Shown piece after piece: positions 52,868-63,151 of a stretch of 64,000 bases of DNA; the stretch's first letter is position 1; every line of letters begins with the position of its first letter. The DNA comes from Candidatus Bathyarchaeota archaeon (GTDB taxonomy: Archaea > Thermoproteota > Bathyarchaeia > Bathyarchaeales > Bathycorpusculaceae). The notes under the pieces are model-generated. The model was not told the origin of the DNA. It did not search any database and saw only the letters and a list, made by a program, of their open reading frames with translations. The position numbers and the translations under genes were made by a program. The stretch spans positions 1 to 64,000 of the forward strand of contig CAWHVC010000003.1 of assembly GCA_963832745.1 (NCBI GenBank), written 5' to 3'.

Positions 52868-54067
52868 ATGGAGTTAACTAAGCAAGAACAATCAATGCTA
52901 GACGGCAAGGAAGGCTATGCTGTACGTAAAAGCATGGAAATCCTTGTGGCTCTGGGCGAAATTTTCGGTGCAAAAAGCCTAATTGACGTTAGCAGCGTCC
53001 AAGTCGCAGGCGTCTCTTATCACAACCTTGGCGACGCAGGCCTTGAATTCCTCGACTCACTCGCCAAAGATGGCAGAGTCAAAGTATTAACCACCCTTAA
53101 CCCTGCAGGCATGGACCTAGAAAACTGGCAGCAACTTGGCATCAGCCCTGAATTTGCAGAAAAACAAAACCTCGTAATCGACGCCTTCAAACGCATGGGC
53201 ATCCTAATCAGTTGCACCTGCACACCCTACTTGATTGGCAATTTGCCGCTTTACGGCGAACACATTGCATGGTCAGAAAGCAGTGCAGTAACTTTTGCCA
53301 ACTCAGTTTTGGGCGCAAGAACTAACCGTGAAGGTGGACCATCAGCTTTGGCAGCCGCTTTCGTTGGCAAAACACCTAATTACGGATTGCACCTTGACGA
53401 AAACCGCGTCCCAGACGTCCATGTTCAAGTTAACGCAGAACTCTCCAAACTTTCCGACTGGGGCGCATTGGGCTACACTATTGGCAAGAAGGCAGAAAAC
53501 AAAATCCCATACATCACAGGAATAAAAACTGCGGACCTTGACACACTCAAATCCTTCTGCGCGTCCGTGGTAACTTATGGCGCAAAACCGCTTTTCTACA
53601 TGAAAGGCGTAACTCCAGGCGCTGAAGCACAAAAGCAGCCCAAGGAAAAAATAACAATCGAGCAAGCTGACATCAAAAACGCTTACGACAACATCAACGA
53701 TGCCGTTGACGAAATCGATTTTGTCTGTGTCGGCTGCCCCCACTGCTCAATCAAGGAAATCCAAGAAATCGCCGATCTAATCACGGGCAAGAAAGTCAAA
53801 GAAGGCACTGAATTGTGGGTTGCAACGTCACGAACAGCAAAGCAGCTTTCAGATAAACGTGGCTACACCGAGACGATTGAAGCGGCTGGCGGCAAATTCG
53901 CATGCGACACCTGCATGGCAGTCGCGCCGTTGAAGGGCAGATTCAAAGCGCTCGCAACAACGTCAGCAAAAGGTTGCTTCTATAGCAGACATAATCTTAT
54001 GAAAACTAAGATGGGCAGCATGAAAGATTGTATTGAAGCAGCGGTGAGTGGAAAATGGAACAATTAA
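52868..54067 (+). CDS. Aconitase X large subunit, probable phosphomevalonate dehydratase
   Basis: TTLNPAG, CTCTPY, WSESSA, GARTNREGG, GCPH, DTCM. Confidence 0.92.
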   Translation: MELTKQEQSMLDGKEGYAVRKSMEILVALGEIFGAKSLIDVSSVQVAGVSYHNLGDAGLEFLDSLAKDGRVKVLTTLNPAGMDLENWQQLGISPEFAEKQNLVIDAFKRMGILISCTCTPYLIGNLPLYGEHIAWSESSAVTFANSVLGARTNREGGPSALAAAFVGKTPNYGLHLDENRVPDVHVQVNAELSKLSDWGALGYTIGKKAENKIPYITGIKTADLDTLKSFCASVVTYGAKPLFYMKGVTPGAEAQKQPKEKITIEQADIKNAYDNINDAVDEIDFVCVGCPHCSIKEIQEIADLITGKKVKEGTELWVATSRTAKQLSDKRGYTETIEAAGGKFACDTCMAVAPLKGRFKALATTSAKGCFYSRHNLMKTKMGSMKDCIEAAVSGKWNN

Positions 54068-54441
54068 AAGGAAGAATAATTTACAAAGGAAAAGCCGAAG
54101 GAGACGCACTCGTCACCTCGATGCCGATTAGTTTCTATGGCGGCGTTGAACCAAGCACAGGCGTTATACTTGAGAAAGGGCATGAACTTGAAGGGCAAAG
54201 CGTCAAAGGCAAGATTTTGGTGTTTCCGCAGGGCAAAGGCAGCACAGTTGGCAGCTACACGCTTTACCGCATGAAGAAGAACGGCACAGCACCAGCAGGC
54301 ATGATAAACAAAGAAACTGAAACCATCGTTGCAGTCGGCGCCATCATCAGCGAAATCCCATTCGTAGACAAAGTTGACGTTAGCAAGATTAAGACTGGCA
54401 GCAAAGTTAGCATCGAAAACGATACGGTAAAAATCGCTTAA
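54055..54441 (+). CDS. Aconitase X small (swiveling, DUF126) subunit
   Basis: ISFYGGV, GKILVFPQGKGSTVGS. Confidence 0.92.
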   Translation: MEQLKGRIIYKGKAEGDALVTSMPISFYGGVEPSTGVILEKGHELEGQSVKGKILVFPQGKGSTVGSYTLYRMKKNGTAPAGMINKETETIVAVGAIISEIPFVDKVDVSKIKTGSKVSIENDTVKIA

Positions 54442-54537
54442 CGTGGAGCAAATGCTCCTTTTTTGTTTTTATTCAAAAAACCAGAATTTTTTTAAAAAAA
54501 TTTTCAAAAACATTCTAAAAATTTATTAAAAGTTAAA

Positions 54538-54665
54538 GTAGGTAGCCAGCTTTCCCAATTTCACGCGGCCGAAGACCGCACTACAGTTGGAAACGGAACA
54601 CGGTTTAACTTCTGAGTTCGGAATGGGATCAGGTGGAACCCGAGTCCTCTGGCCGGCAAACCTAC
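54538..54665 (-). rRNA. rrf: 5S rRNA (stand-alone)
   Basis: Minus strand CACCTGATCCCATTCCGAACTCAGAAGTTAA; terminal helix GTAGGT/ACCTAC. Confidence 0.95.
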
Positions 54666-54915
54666 CACAACGTAACGCCTTTGCCTTATAAACCTTCTTT
54701 TCGAATTATGCGGTAATGCCTTGAAATGCAAGCTTTTTTTAATTGTGCCTTATTGCTTGGTTACGAAAATTGTTTCTTTTTATTTTTTTACTTCAACATT
54801 TTGCATTAAAATTTGAATTATTTGTGTGAATTCAGGCTTCATGAGCCTTATATTGAAAAATGTTGACCTGTACAGTACCGAACGTATACGTGAATTTACA
54901 TATACGGGGATTAAC

Positions 54916-55222
54916 GTGCAAAAAAAACTCGCGTCAATATTCATCTTAAGTTTATTATTAATTAGCGTTTTTTCACCATTTTATACTAATCTGGTAAACG
55001 CCTATACGACAACATACACCTTAACGATTAAGACAGTTGGTCAAGGTAACGTTTCATCGGGCAACCAAACCAGAAACACTTAACCAATCAGGAACACCCA
55101 CAACAATAGCAGTTGCAATAGCTTTCATTGCCTTAGTCTTTGTAATGACAGCGGTAGTCTATCGCCGAAAAAAAGTGACCAAACAGCCTAACCGTTCCTT
55201 TCTTTTCTTTTTCAATAAATAG
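54916..55222 (+). pseudogene. Remnant of a surface protein: signal peptide joined out of frame to its anchor
   Basis: Signal + YTLTIKTVGQGNV start, then in another frame TM + RRKK; body missing. Confidence 0.5.
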
Positions 55223-55283
55223 GTAGGCTCATATTGGCTTGAAAATAGTTCCATACAAAATTTTTTAGTTAAAAAGCAGCAGA

Positions 55284-56135
55284 TTATTTCTTGAAAAGCA
55301 CAGAAGCATACCCAACAACGCTGGAATAATCCCCTGAAGTGTCGCCGCTGTTATGATAACTAAGCAACTCTGCCTTGGCATTTACACTCTGAGCATATGT
55401 AACCAAAGCAGTTATCGGAGCATAACCACAAGCAGTAATATTTTGGCTTTCAACAGTTTCATAAAATCGACGGGCAGCCAAAGCAGTCACCGCATCCAAA
55501 GCCAAATGGTCCTTCTTTTCCGCCTGTTTTGCAGATTCATAATGCGTCATGTCAGAAGAAGCAATAACCACAGCGTTGTGAGCATCCAACACTTCAGCTA
55601 ACGCTCTGCCAACCTCTACCGCTGAATCGTAATCTTGCATTAAAAAGCAGAGGGGAACAAGCTTGAATTTGTCACCATAAAGGTATTGAAGAAAAGGCAA
55701 CTGCACCTCAATTGAATGTTCAAATCGGTGAGCGGTTTCGTCGACGTCTACTATGCTTGTTTCAGATAGAATTGCATCAGCTATTTCCGTGTCGATTTGA
55801 ACGTTACCAAGTGGAGTTTGCCAGACGCCTTCACGCATTAACGACAAACCGCTTCCATACCCAGTATGGTTAGGACCTAAAACAACTACGGTTTCAGGTA
55901 AACCGTCCTGTGCAAGTTCAAAATAGCCTGAAGAAGCAACAGCGCCTGAGTAAACATAGCCTGCGTGTGGACAAATAAGCCCAACAACATTTCGGGGATG
56001 AAAATGAAAATTAACTTCAGGAAGCTTCCCGGGACCAAGATTACTTAAAAAACAAGATTTAATTTGAAGCCTAAGCGCTTCGGCGTCGCCTTCATAAAAC
56101 TGGCCTGCGACTATTGGACGCCGAAACGGAGGCAA
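55284..56135 (-). CDS. MEMO1-family protein (AmmeMemoRadiSam B)
   Basis: RRPIVAGQFY, PHAGYVYSG, GPNHTG, EHSIEVQLPFLQ, SSDMTHY, VVGYAS; TTG just after rpsB stop. Confidence 0.93.
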   Translation of the reverse strand: MPPFRRPIVAGQFYEGDAEALRLQIKSCFLSNLGPGKLPEVNFHFHPRNVVGLICPHAGYVYSGAVASSGYFELAQDGLPETVVVLGPNHTGYGSGLSLMREGVWQTPLGNVQIDTEIADAILSETSIVDVDETAHRFEHSIEVQLPFLQYLYGDKFKLVPLCFLMQDYDSAVEVGRALAEVLDAHNAVVIASSDMTHYESAKQAEKKDHLALDAVTALAARRFYETVESQNITACGYAPITALVTYAQSVNAKAELLSYHNSGDTSGDYSSVVGYASVLFKK

Positions 56136-56139
56136 ACTT

Positions 56140-56940
56140 TTAGGAGTCCTCCTCCTCGTCTCGGGTGACTTTGGCTTCAAAATCTTCAATTGTAGCTTGT
56201 GGGTCTTTGTCTGGACCGATTTCTCCGCGTTCCCGCAGAATTTGTCTTGCAAGCAACCAGAAGATTACGGCAAGTGCACGTCTACCTTTGTTGTTTGTTG
56301 GAATAACTAAGTCGACGCCTGCGAATTCGTTATCAGTGCTGCATAAAGCAACTATGGGTATACCTGTTCTACTGGCTTCTTTGACTGCTTGTGCGTCTGC
56401 ACGTGGGTCTGAAACTACGATGATTTCGGGGTCAACTCGCCTTGAGTATTGTGGGTTTGATAGTTGACCTGGGATGAATCTGCCAATGATTGGGGTTGAA
56501 CCTGTAACTTCACAGAATTTTTTAACTGGTTCATGCGCATACAGTCTTGTTGCTGCAACTGCAACCTTGGATTTTTCATATCTTGCAAGGAATTTAGCTG
56601 CAATTCTAATTCTGTCGTCAGTCTTTTTAACGTCTAAAACGAATAAGCCGTCAGGGCGTACACGGTAAATGAATGGCTCCATATCCAGAGTTTTCATCCT
56701 AGTGCCAATGTGGATGCCTGCTGAAAGCAGTGTGTCTCTTGGAAGCAGTAACTCTTCTACTGGCGGGGCTTCTTGTTTCTCCGCTTCTTCAACTGGTTCT
56801 TCTACTTCAGCTTCCACAGTTACTTCTGCTTCGGGTTCTTCTGTGCTGGTTTCTTCCACGTTACTCTCAGCTAAAGTTTCCTCTTCATCCTCTGGTTGAT
56901 TTTCAACTGGTTGATTTTCTTTAACTTGGTCTTCTGCCAA
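56140..56940 (-). CDS. rps2: 30S ribosomal protein uS2 with acidic N-terminal extension
   Basis: LSAGIHIGT, YRVRPDGL, GRFIPG, IPTNNKGRRALA. Confidence 0.97.
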   Translation of the reverse strand: MAEDQVKENQPVENQPEDEEETLAESNVEETSTEEPEAEVTVEAEVEEPVEEAEKQEAPPVEELLLPRDTLLSAGIHIGTRMKTLDMEPFIYRVRPDGLFVLDVKKTDDRIRIAAKFLARYEKSKVAVAATRLYAHEPVKKFCEVTGSTPIIGRFIPGQLSNPQYSRRVDPEIIVVSDPRADAQAVKEASRTGIPIVALCSTDNEFAGVDLVIPTNNKGRRALAVIFWLLARQILRERGEIGPDKDPQATIEDFEAKVTRDEEEDS

Positions 56941-56955
56941 TTTTTATTCCTCAAT

Positions 56956-58209
56956 TTATCGTATTTTTAGGTCTGCCATTTTAGCCCTGTTTCCAAGGAA
57001 ATGCTCAATTCTTATGAGTTCATTAAGCTTTGCGATTCTTGCACCCTCAACCACGCCTGTCTTGATGATTGGGCACTTGTAAGCAACAGCCAAATGGGCT
57101 ATATGCCAATCGCAGGTATCTCCAGATCGGTGGGACACGACAGGGTCATAACCGTGTCTCTGAGCCGTCTCGATTGTTTCAACTGCGTCGCTCAGTGTTC
57201 CTATCTGGTTAACTTTAATGATGATTGCGTTTCCAGCGTTAATCTTTATTCCATTATTTAACCTTTCAGTATTAGTTGTGAACAAATCGTCTCCGCAAAT
57301 CAAGCAATTTTTAGTTTTGCGGGTTAACTCGGCAAAGCTTTGGAAGTCCTCCTCATGGAACGGGTCTTCCACATAAGCCAGATGATACTTTTCGATTAAA
57401 TCAATCATGAACTCAATTTGCTCGCCAGTATCACGTTTAATGCCTTCATTTGTGTAAACATATTTGCCTTCTTTTTCATTCCAGAAAGAAGAAGCAGCAA
57501 CATCAACACCAAAGCCGCATTCAAAATCAAGCTCATTACCAACCTCTTCACAGGCTTTAGCTATAACCTCAAACGCATCAACGGTATCAATGTTAGCAAT
57601 CCATGCGCCCTCGTCACTTTTTCCGCCGTTAAAAGAACTGCTTTTCTTTTTCAGGGAATCACCGATTCTTTTGTGAATCTGTGCATTAGCGGTTACTGCC
57701 TCAAGAAATGTTTCAGCGCCATGAGGCAACGCTAAGTATTCTTGTATGTCAGGGGATTTCCCGCGTGCATGTTGACCGCCGCTTATACAGTTTCCAAGCG
57801 GGTAAGGCATGCTTGTTGCTGCGTTTCCTCCAAGAAACTGGAACAGAAGCAAGCCGTGAGAGTTTGCTGCTGCTTCAGCATTAGCAAGAGAGATAGCAAA
57901 CGCGGTGTTTCCGCCGATGTTTTTGAAGTTAGAACTGCCATCAATCTCGTGAAGCGTTTCGTCTATTTCTTCTTGGAAATCAGCGTTTAATCCTGCAAGT
58001 TCAGGAGCGATAAGTTCATCGACTCTTTTTACTGCTGCATCAACGCCGCCTTGTGGATAATATTGTACTTCAGCTTTTCCGCGGCTTTTTCCAGCAGGAG
58101 CAGAAGCTCTTCCAAAACCAGAGGTGGTTATTACGTCAACTTCAATGGTTTCTTCTCCGCGGTTATTGAAAACTTTGCGAGCAATTAAATCTTCGATGAT
58201 AGATGACAC
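56956..58209 (-). CDS. eno: Enolase
   Basis: RGEETIEVD, IQEY, DEG, VEDPF, GDDLF, KVNQIG, VSHRSG. Confidence 0.95.
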   Translation of the reverse strand: MSSIIEDLIARKVFNNRGEETIEVDVITTSGFGRASAPAGKSRGKAEVQYYPQGGVDAAVKRVDELIAPELAGLNADFQEEIDETLHEIDGSSNFKNIGGNTAFAISLANAEAAANSHGLLLFQFLGGNAATSMPYPLGNCISGGQHARGKSPDIQEYLALPHGAETFLEAVTANAQIHKRIGDSLKKKSSSFNGGKSDEGAWIANIDTVDAFEVIAKACEEVGNELDFECGFGVDVAASSFWNEKEGKYVYTNEGIKRDTGEQIEFMIDLIEKYHLAYVEDPFHEEDFQSFAELTRKTKNCLICGDDLFTTNTERLNNGIKINAGNAIIIKVNQIGTLSDAVETIETAQRHGYDPVVSHRSGDTCDWHIAHLAVAYKCPIIKTGVVEGARIAKLNELIRIEHFLGNRAKMADLKIR

Positions 58210-58409
58210 AACTGGTATCCTCAAGTCGCTATAATTCTTGTTATCCGCTTATTTTAGGTTTCGGAACAAGCAAACATGCCGTTGCTTAAAAAACCGTATC
58301 CGCGAATAACAATTAAAACTAGTGCATGCTGGAAATTAAAAACATATCTCAAAATAGACGTAAAGTAAGCAATTCTTATGTAACATAAAATGTTGGAAAT
58401 ATAGGGAGT

Positions 58410-60239
58410 TTATTTTGCTTTTTTCTTGCCTGAAGCGTCCTTTTTGTCCTCATCGGTCTTTACGATTTTAGTATAATAATATTCACCGATGCCTTTTTGG
58501 AACTCATCCATCTGCGAACTCTCCTTGTTAACGCGTGGACGCAAAGTAGTCGGGTCACGACGGAAAGTAATGTTCATTTCTTTAAGGAAAGTATTCATCC
58601 CTTGACGAAGTGACATAGGCGTGTTTGCATTGCCAGATACTCCTGGTTCACCGTTGAAAACCATCAGACGGTCAGCAATGAAGTCTTGAGTTACAACATC
58701 ATGTTCAACCACAAAAGCCGGTATGCCGTGAGCTTCAACCACGCGCCTTAAGGTTTTTGCTACGTTTAAGCGTTCTTCAACATCCAAATACGCGCTGGGT
58801 TCGTCAAGCAGGAACAGGTCAGTTTTGCGGCTAAGACAAGCTGCGATAGCAACTTTTTGAAGTTCGCCACCACTAAGTTCCATAACGTTTCGGTCCATGA
58901 GCACTTGGAGACGCAGTGGCTGTGCAATTTCGGTTTTGTACCAACTTGAAGTAAAGTTGTCTTTAGCTACACTCATCAGCAGTTCCTGTACTGTGCCAGA
59001 GTAGTCAGGGGCTATGTACTGCGGTTTATAGCTGACTGTTAACTCGCCAAACTTTCGTTTATCATCAGTCTGTTCGAGACCTGCAAGAATCTTTACAAAA
59101 GTTGTTTTGCCAATACCGTTTGGACCCAAAATGCCAACTATTTCACCGCTTCGAATTTCGCCGGGTTCGGCTTTCAGTTTGAAACCTTGGAAGGATTTCT
59201 CGAACGTGTCCCACTTAAGCAAGGGCGCATTGATGTTCATGCCTGCTGTGGGCGGTCTTTCTTGGAAGACGATGGATTCTTTGCGGAACCTAATGTTTTC
59301 GTCTGGAATGTAACCTTCCAGATAAATGTTGATACCTGTTCTTACTCCATGAACATGAGATACAACACCGTAAACGCCTGGTTCACCGTAAAAGACACAG
59401 ATTTGGTCTGAAAGATAATCGATAATAGCCAAGTCATGTTCAGCGACGATTATGGTTTTTTGCTGCTCCTTTAAACTACGTATAGCACGGGCAACGGTAA
59501 GCCGCTGTTTAACATCAAGATAGCTTGAGGGTTCATCAAAAAGGTAAACATCCGCATCACGACTTAAAGCTGCCGCAACCGCGACTCGCTGAAGCTCACC
59601 ACCGCTCAAAACATCAAGCGGCCTATCCCAGATTTTACGCAATTCCAACTCATCTGCGAGTTGATCAAGAATTTTACGTTCATCAACTTTTTCAAGCAAG
59701 TCACCAGCTTTACCTGTAACTGCTTTTGGAATCTTATCAACATACTGGGGTTTGCTACTGACTTTAATTTTTTTCTCGCTCATTTTTTGGAAATAATCTT
59801 GAAGGCTTGAACCGCGATAGTACTGAATGATTTCGGTCCATTCAGGCGGATTATTAAATCGACCAAGGTTAGGTTTTATTTCGCCTGAAAACACTTTCAG
59901 CGTTGTGCTTTTTCCTATACCGTTCTGTCCTAACAAGCCAAGAACTGTACCGGGCGAGGGAGTCGGCAACCTGAAAAGTTTGAAGCTGTTTTCGCTGAAA
60001 CGATGGCTGCAATCGTTTTCTAACTCGTCAGGCAGGTTAACAATGTTAATTGCTTTAAACGGACATTTTTTGACGCAGATTCCGCATCCGCTACATAGTG
60101 CTTCTGAGATTACTGCTTTAGTACCTTCTACCCGGATAGCTTCTACTCTGCTTCTTACCATTGGGCAGAAGCTTACGCATAGATGGTTGCATTTTTTGAC
60201 TTTGCATCGATCTTGGTCTAGAACGGCTATTCTTGTCAT
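58410..60239 (-). CDS. Ribosome recycling ATPase ABCE1/Rli1
   Basis: N-terminal Fe-S domain (CSGCGICVKKCP); two NBDs (GQNGIGKST, GPNGIGKTT, LSGGELQ twice). Confidence 0.97.
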   Translation of the reverse strand: MTRIAVLDQDRCKVKKCNHLCVSFCPMVRSRVEAIRVEGTKAVISEALCSGCGICVKKCPFKAINIVNLPDELENDCSHRFSENSFKLFRLPTPSPGTVLGLLGQNGIGKSTTLKVFSGEIKPNLGRFNNPPEWTEIIQYYRGSSLQDYFQKMSEKKIKVSSKPQYVDKIPKAVTGKAGDLLEKVDERKILDQLADELELRKIWDRPLDVLSGGELQRVAVAAALSRDADVYLFDEPSSYLDVKQRLTVARAIRSLKEQQKTIIVAEHDLAIIDYLSDQICVFYGEPGVYGVVSHVHGVRTGINIYLEGYIPDENIRFRKESIVFQERPPTAGMNINAPLLKWDTFEKSFQGFKLKAEPGEIRSGEIVGILGPNGIGKTTFVKILAGLEQTDDKRKFGELTVSYKPQYIAPDYSGTVQELLMSVAKDNFTSSWYKTEIAQPLRLQVLMDRNVMELSGGELQKVAIAACLSRKTDLFLLDEPSAYLDVEERLNVAKTLRRVVEAHGIPAFVVEHDVVTQDFIADRLMVFNGEPGVSGNANTPMSLRQGMNTFLKEMNITFRRDPTTLRPRVNKESSQMDEFQKGIGEYYYTKIVKTDEDKKDASGKKKAK

Positions 60240-60398
60240 TTCAAAAAATAAAAGGTCAGAAGGATAGTTATAAACTTAAACCTCGGCAGATAGCGTAAGT
60301 TACTTGGGTTTTTCTGTTTTGCAAAAAATTTTAAGTCTAACTATCAGAAAAGCTTTTTTAAAAGAAAAGAATTTCAAATTTTGGGGTTAACAGATTGC

Positions 60399-60482
60399 TT
60401 ACCATTCTTCTTCTTCCCATTCTTCATCTTCGCCTTCTTCCCACTCTTCGTCCTCTTCAATTCTGTACATCAACATTCTCAT
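60399..60482 (-). CDS. 27-aa hyper-acidic Trp-containing microprotein (not in ORF track)
   Basis: GGAGGTGA SD; MRMLMYRIEEDEEWEEGEDEEWEEEEW. Confidence 0.6.
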   Translation of the reverse strand: MRMLMYRIEEDEEWEEGEDEEWEEEEW

Positions 60483-60674
60483 TTTCACCTCCACCATAAA
60501 CGCAGTTAATTATTCACTGCATGTAGGCAATTTTAAAGATTTAGATACGTCAAGTGTCGTTGCATTTCGCCAAGCCCCACGGAGCAGCAGGGTATTTCTG
60601 CATAATTTTTTCTCTGTTACAAACCGAACAAAACCTGCAAAACTATTAAATTCACCATAAACTCATCAGTATTG

Positions 60675-60742
60675 TGGGATGATGTGAGGCGACGGCTTCG
60701 AGCCTTGTAAGCTGTGAGAAATCGTCAATATTCGCTGACCCA
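60675..60742 (+). ncRNA. Box C/D guide sRNA candidate
   Basis: TGGG/CCCA terminal stem, box C ATGATG (60679), D' TCGA, C' GTGAGA, box D CTGA (60735), two 13-15 nt guides. Confidence 0.7.
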
Positions 60743-60777
60743 ACGACAAATTAACGGTTTTTTTATCAATAACGGGT

Positions 60778-61917
60778 TTATTCTTGGCTTTCGAGCGCTT
60801 TGTTAAAATCTTTAAGCTTGCCTTTAAGCAATGTCAAAATAAACGCAAGGCTTCCAAAAATAGCAAAAGATATTCCAGCCATCATTGCGACATAGTTGTT
60901 GTATGTCCAGTGATAAGTGATGTCGTAGGTCACGTTTTTACTGTAAGCGTCAGTGTTTGAAAGAAGATAGTAGGTGGTGTAAGAGTTGCCACATGTGAAC
61001 ACGGAGCTTCCAATCGAACCAGATGAACCATTGTACACAGGTGGATTATGTGTGCGAACGTCAAATTCTGTGCCGTTACTCCACCGATCAATTGGGGAAT
61101 CACCGCTACTGTGGTATATTTGAACGACGCCTTTGTCTACATCAAATTGGAAAAGGTAATCGCCATCATTATTCACAAAATAAGGCAGAGGATAGTAATC
61201 ATTTGCAGGAACAGTTACGGTTCCTTGACTGACGATTCTTTGGGCTTCAACGGGACATGAATAAGTTACAGCCAAAAAGCCACCTAACACAATCATTAAC
61301 AGCAAACCGACTAACACAAGCACCTGTCTACGTGTAACTTTAATTTTATCGCGGTTTTTAAATGCAAAAAACAAGCCAGCCCCGCCCAGCCCAGTTGCAC
61401 CCAATGCAGTAAACAAAGCGCCAATCATCAAATTAGCCGTATTATAGACTGCTTCTTTATGTTCAATGTAGGCTGTTATTGTTACTTGCTTGCTGCTTGG
61501 CGAGTCAGGGTTCCAGAAGATGTAGTGAATTGATGAGGGAAAACCAGAACCCACTATGTATGACTCTTCATAATCGTTAGAGTTATGCTGTTGAGCTGGA
61601 TTGGGCATTTCATACCAGTTTAAGCTATATGAACCGTTAAGCCAAGCCTGATAAAGTTCATCATTGACACTTACTTCCCTTATGGTTCCATTAGTTATTC
61701 TCATCGAGAGCCCCAAGTTAGCGTCTGACTTGTCTAGTTGAAGATGTATCTGGCCATACTCATTGGGAGGTACAACAACCGATTGATTCGTTAATGTCTC
61801 GCGTCTGGTTTCTTGTCCAGTATAATTCTGGACATAAAAGATTCCTGTACAGGTTGAGGCTAACGCTGCAAACACGACTATGGCGACTAGAACTTTTTTA
61901 GCGTACACATGAGGCAT
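60778..61917 (-). CDS. Membrane protein with two extracellular beta-sandwich domains
   Basis: Duplicated TM-(VVVPPNEY / VTVPANDY...YYLLSN)-TM unit. Confidence 0.75.
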   Translation of the reverse strand: MPHVYAKKVLVAIVVFAALASTCTGIFYVQNYTGQETRRETLTNQSVVVPPNEYGQIHLQLDKSDANLGLSMRITNGTIREVSVNDELYQAWLNGSYSLNWYEMPNPAQQHNSNDYEESYIVGSGFPSSIHYIFWNPDSPSSKQVTITAYIEHKEAVYNTANLMIGALFTALGATGLGGAGLFFAFKNRDKIKVTRRQVLVLVGLLLMIVLGGFLAVTYSCPVEAQRIVSQGTVTVPANDYYPLPYFVNNDGDYLFQFDVDKGVVQIYHSSGDSPIDRWSNGTEFDVRTHNPPVYNGSSGSIGSSVFTCGNSYTTYYLLSNTDAYSKNVTYDITYHWTYNNYVAMMAGISFAIFGSLAFILTLLKGKLKDFNKALESQE

Positions 61918-62033
61918 TAACAATCCCCATAAAGATTGAAGCGTGAAGGTAAAACGGTTTGTATGTAGCAAATTGACAAGTCAATATTTTAAAATCAAAT
62001 AGCATCCTAATTACTAAAAAAAGGCTCAACTTT

Positions 62034-62666
62034 ATGGTTCAAGCGAAAAATGTTGCACAAGGATTCATTGCCACGGCAAGCGCAATCTGCATTTTTGAAA
62101 CCATAGTTGCAAATTTTTTGCCTAACCTGTGGCTTGTGTTGCTGCTTTTCCTTGTTTTAGCCGTGCCCTTAACGGTAAACCTTCTAATGGCCTTAAGGAG
62201 CTTTAAGGCAAAAAAACCCGTGCAAGAAAAAGTTAAACAGACAAAAAATGTCCTGATGGCGCTACAAGGGTTCGGTTTGGCCTGCTGGTTTTTTGATGTT
62301 CTCTCAACAATTCTTGTTATCGATGTTAAGCATACAAGTTCAGAGCTAAATCCTTTAGGTTGGCCTTTAGGGGCTTTTGGCGCTTTAGTCTATTTTTTGC
62401 CAATCACGTTCATATCATATTTTTTGCTGTTTAAACTAAAAAGCAAAGAATCCTTCTATGGTGTGCTTCTAATCACCGGTGTCTCCGTTTTTATGGGGCT
62501 ACGTAACCTCGGCGCAAGTTTTTACAATTTGCCAGCGATCGGCGGTTTTGCAGGTTACTGGGATGATTGGGCTGTTTTAGGCATCTGGGTTGCTGTGGTG
62601 GCTGTTTTGGCGGCGGTTAATGTTTTGGTTGTAGTAAAAAACAGAAAGGTGGCGGTTGGAGCTTAA
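62034..62666 (+). CDS. Polytopic membrane protein (DUF5658-like)
   Basis: FFDVLST...SELNPL motif; about 6 TM. Confidence 0.65.
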   Translation: MVQAKNVAQGFIATASAICIFETIVANFLPNLWLVLLLFLVLAVPLTVNLLMALRSFKAKKPVQEKVKQTKNVLMALQGFGLACWFFDVLSTILVIDVKHTSSELNPLGWPLGAFGALVYFLPITFISYFLLFKLKSKESFYGVLLITGVSVFMGLRNLGASFYNLPAIGGFAGYWDDWAVLGIWVAVVAVLAAVNVLVVVKNRKVAVGA

Positions 62667-62899
62667 ACTGCGTCTAGCACGATGGATGTTTCTGTCCGCG
62701 TTACTGTTGGGTCTTGTTCGATTATGTGGTAGACTATTTCGTTTATTTGTTTGAGTGTTGGTGCTTCTATGACTACTACGGCGTCGTATCTGCCTAGTAT
62801 GGCGTGTGCTGCGATTGCTTCTTTTGTTTTTACTTTTATGCGGTCTATTACTTGTAGGGATGTTCCGGGTTTGGTGTTTAAGAGGATATAGGCCATCAT
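62663..62899 (-). CDS. Stand-alone Lrp/AsnC ligand-binding (RAM) domain protein
   Basis: AYILLNTKPG...GRYDAVVVIEA...VTRTETSIV. Confidence 0.9.
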   Translation of the reverse strand: MMAYILLNTKPGTSLQVIDRIKVKTKEAIAAHAILGRYDAVVVIEAPTLKQINEIVYHIIEQDPTVTRTETSIVLDAV

Positions 62900-63151
62900 G
62901 CCAATGTATTCTCCGTTTGTTTGGTGTAACAAGTTAAGGCTTGATTTTTGGATATAAATTTTGCTGTTAACTGTAAATATTTCGAGCTTTCAAATATACG
63001 AGTAAACTATTGTTCAAATAAGCCTTAATTGTTGTAGCCTAAAAAGATTCATTTTCACTTTAACTCACCCCTCACCAGCACCTAAACGTAGTTTCAATGA
63101 TACCTTAAATAGTCAAAAAAACGAAAAGCCATCAAGAAAAGGTACACGAAA

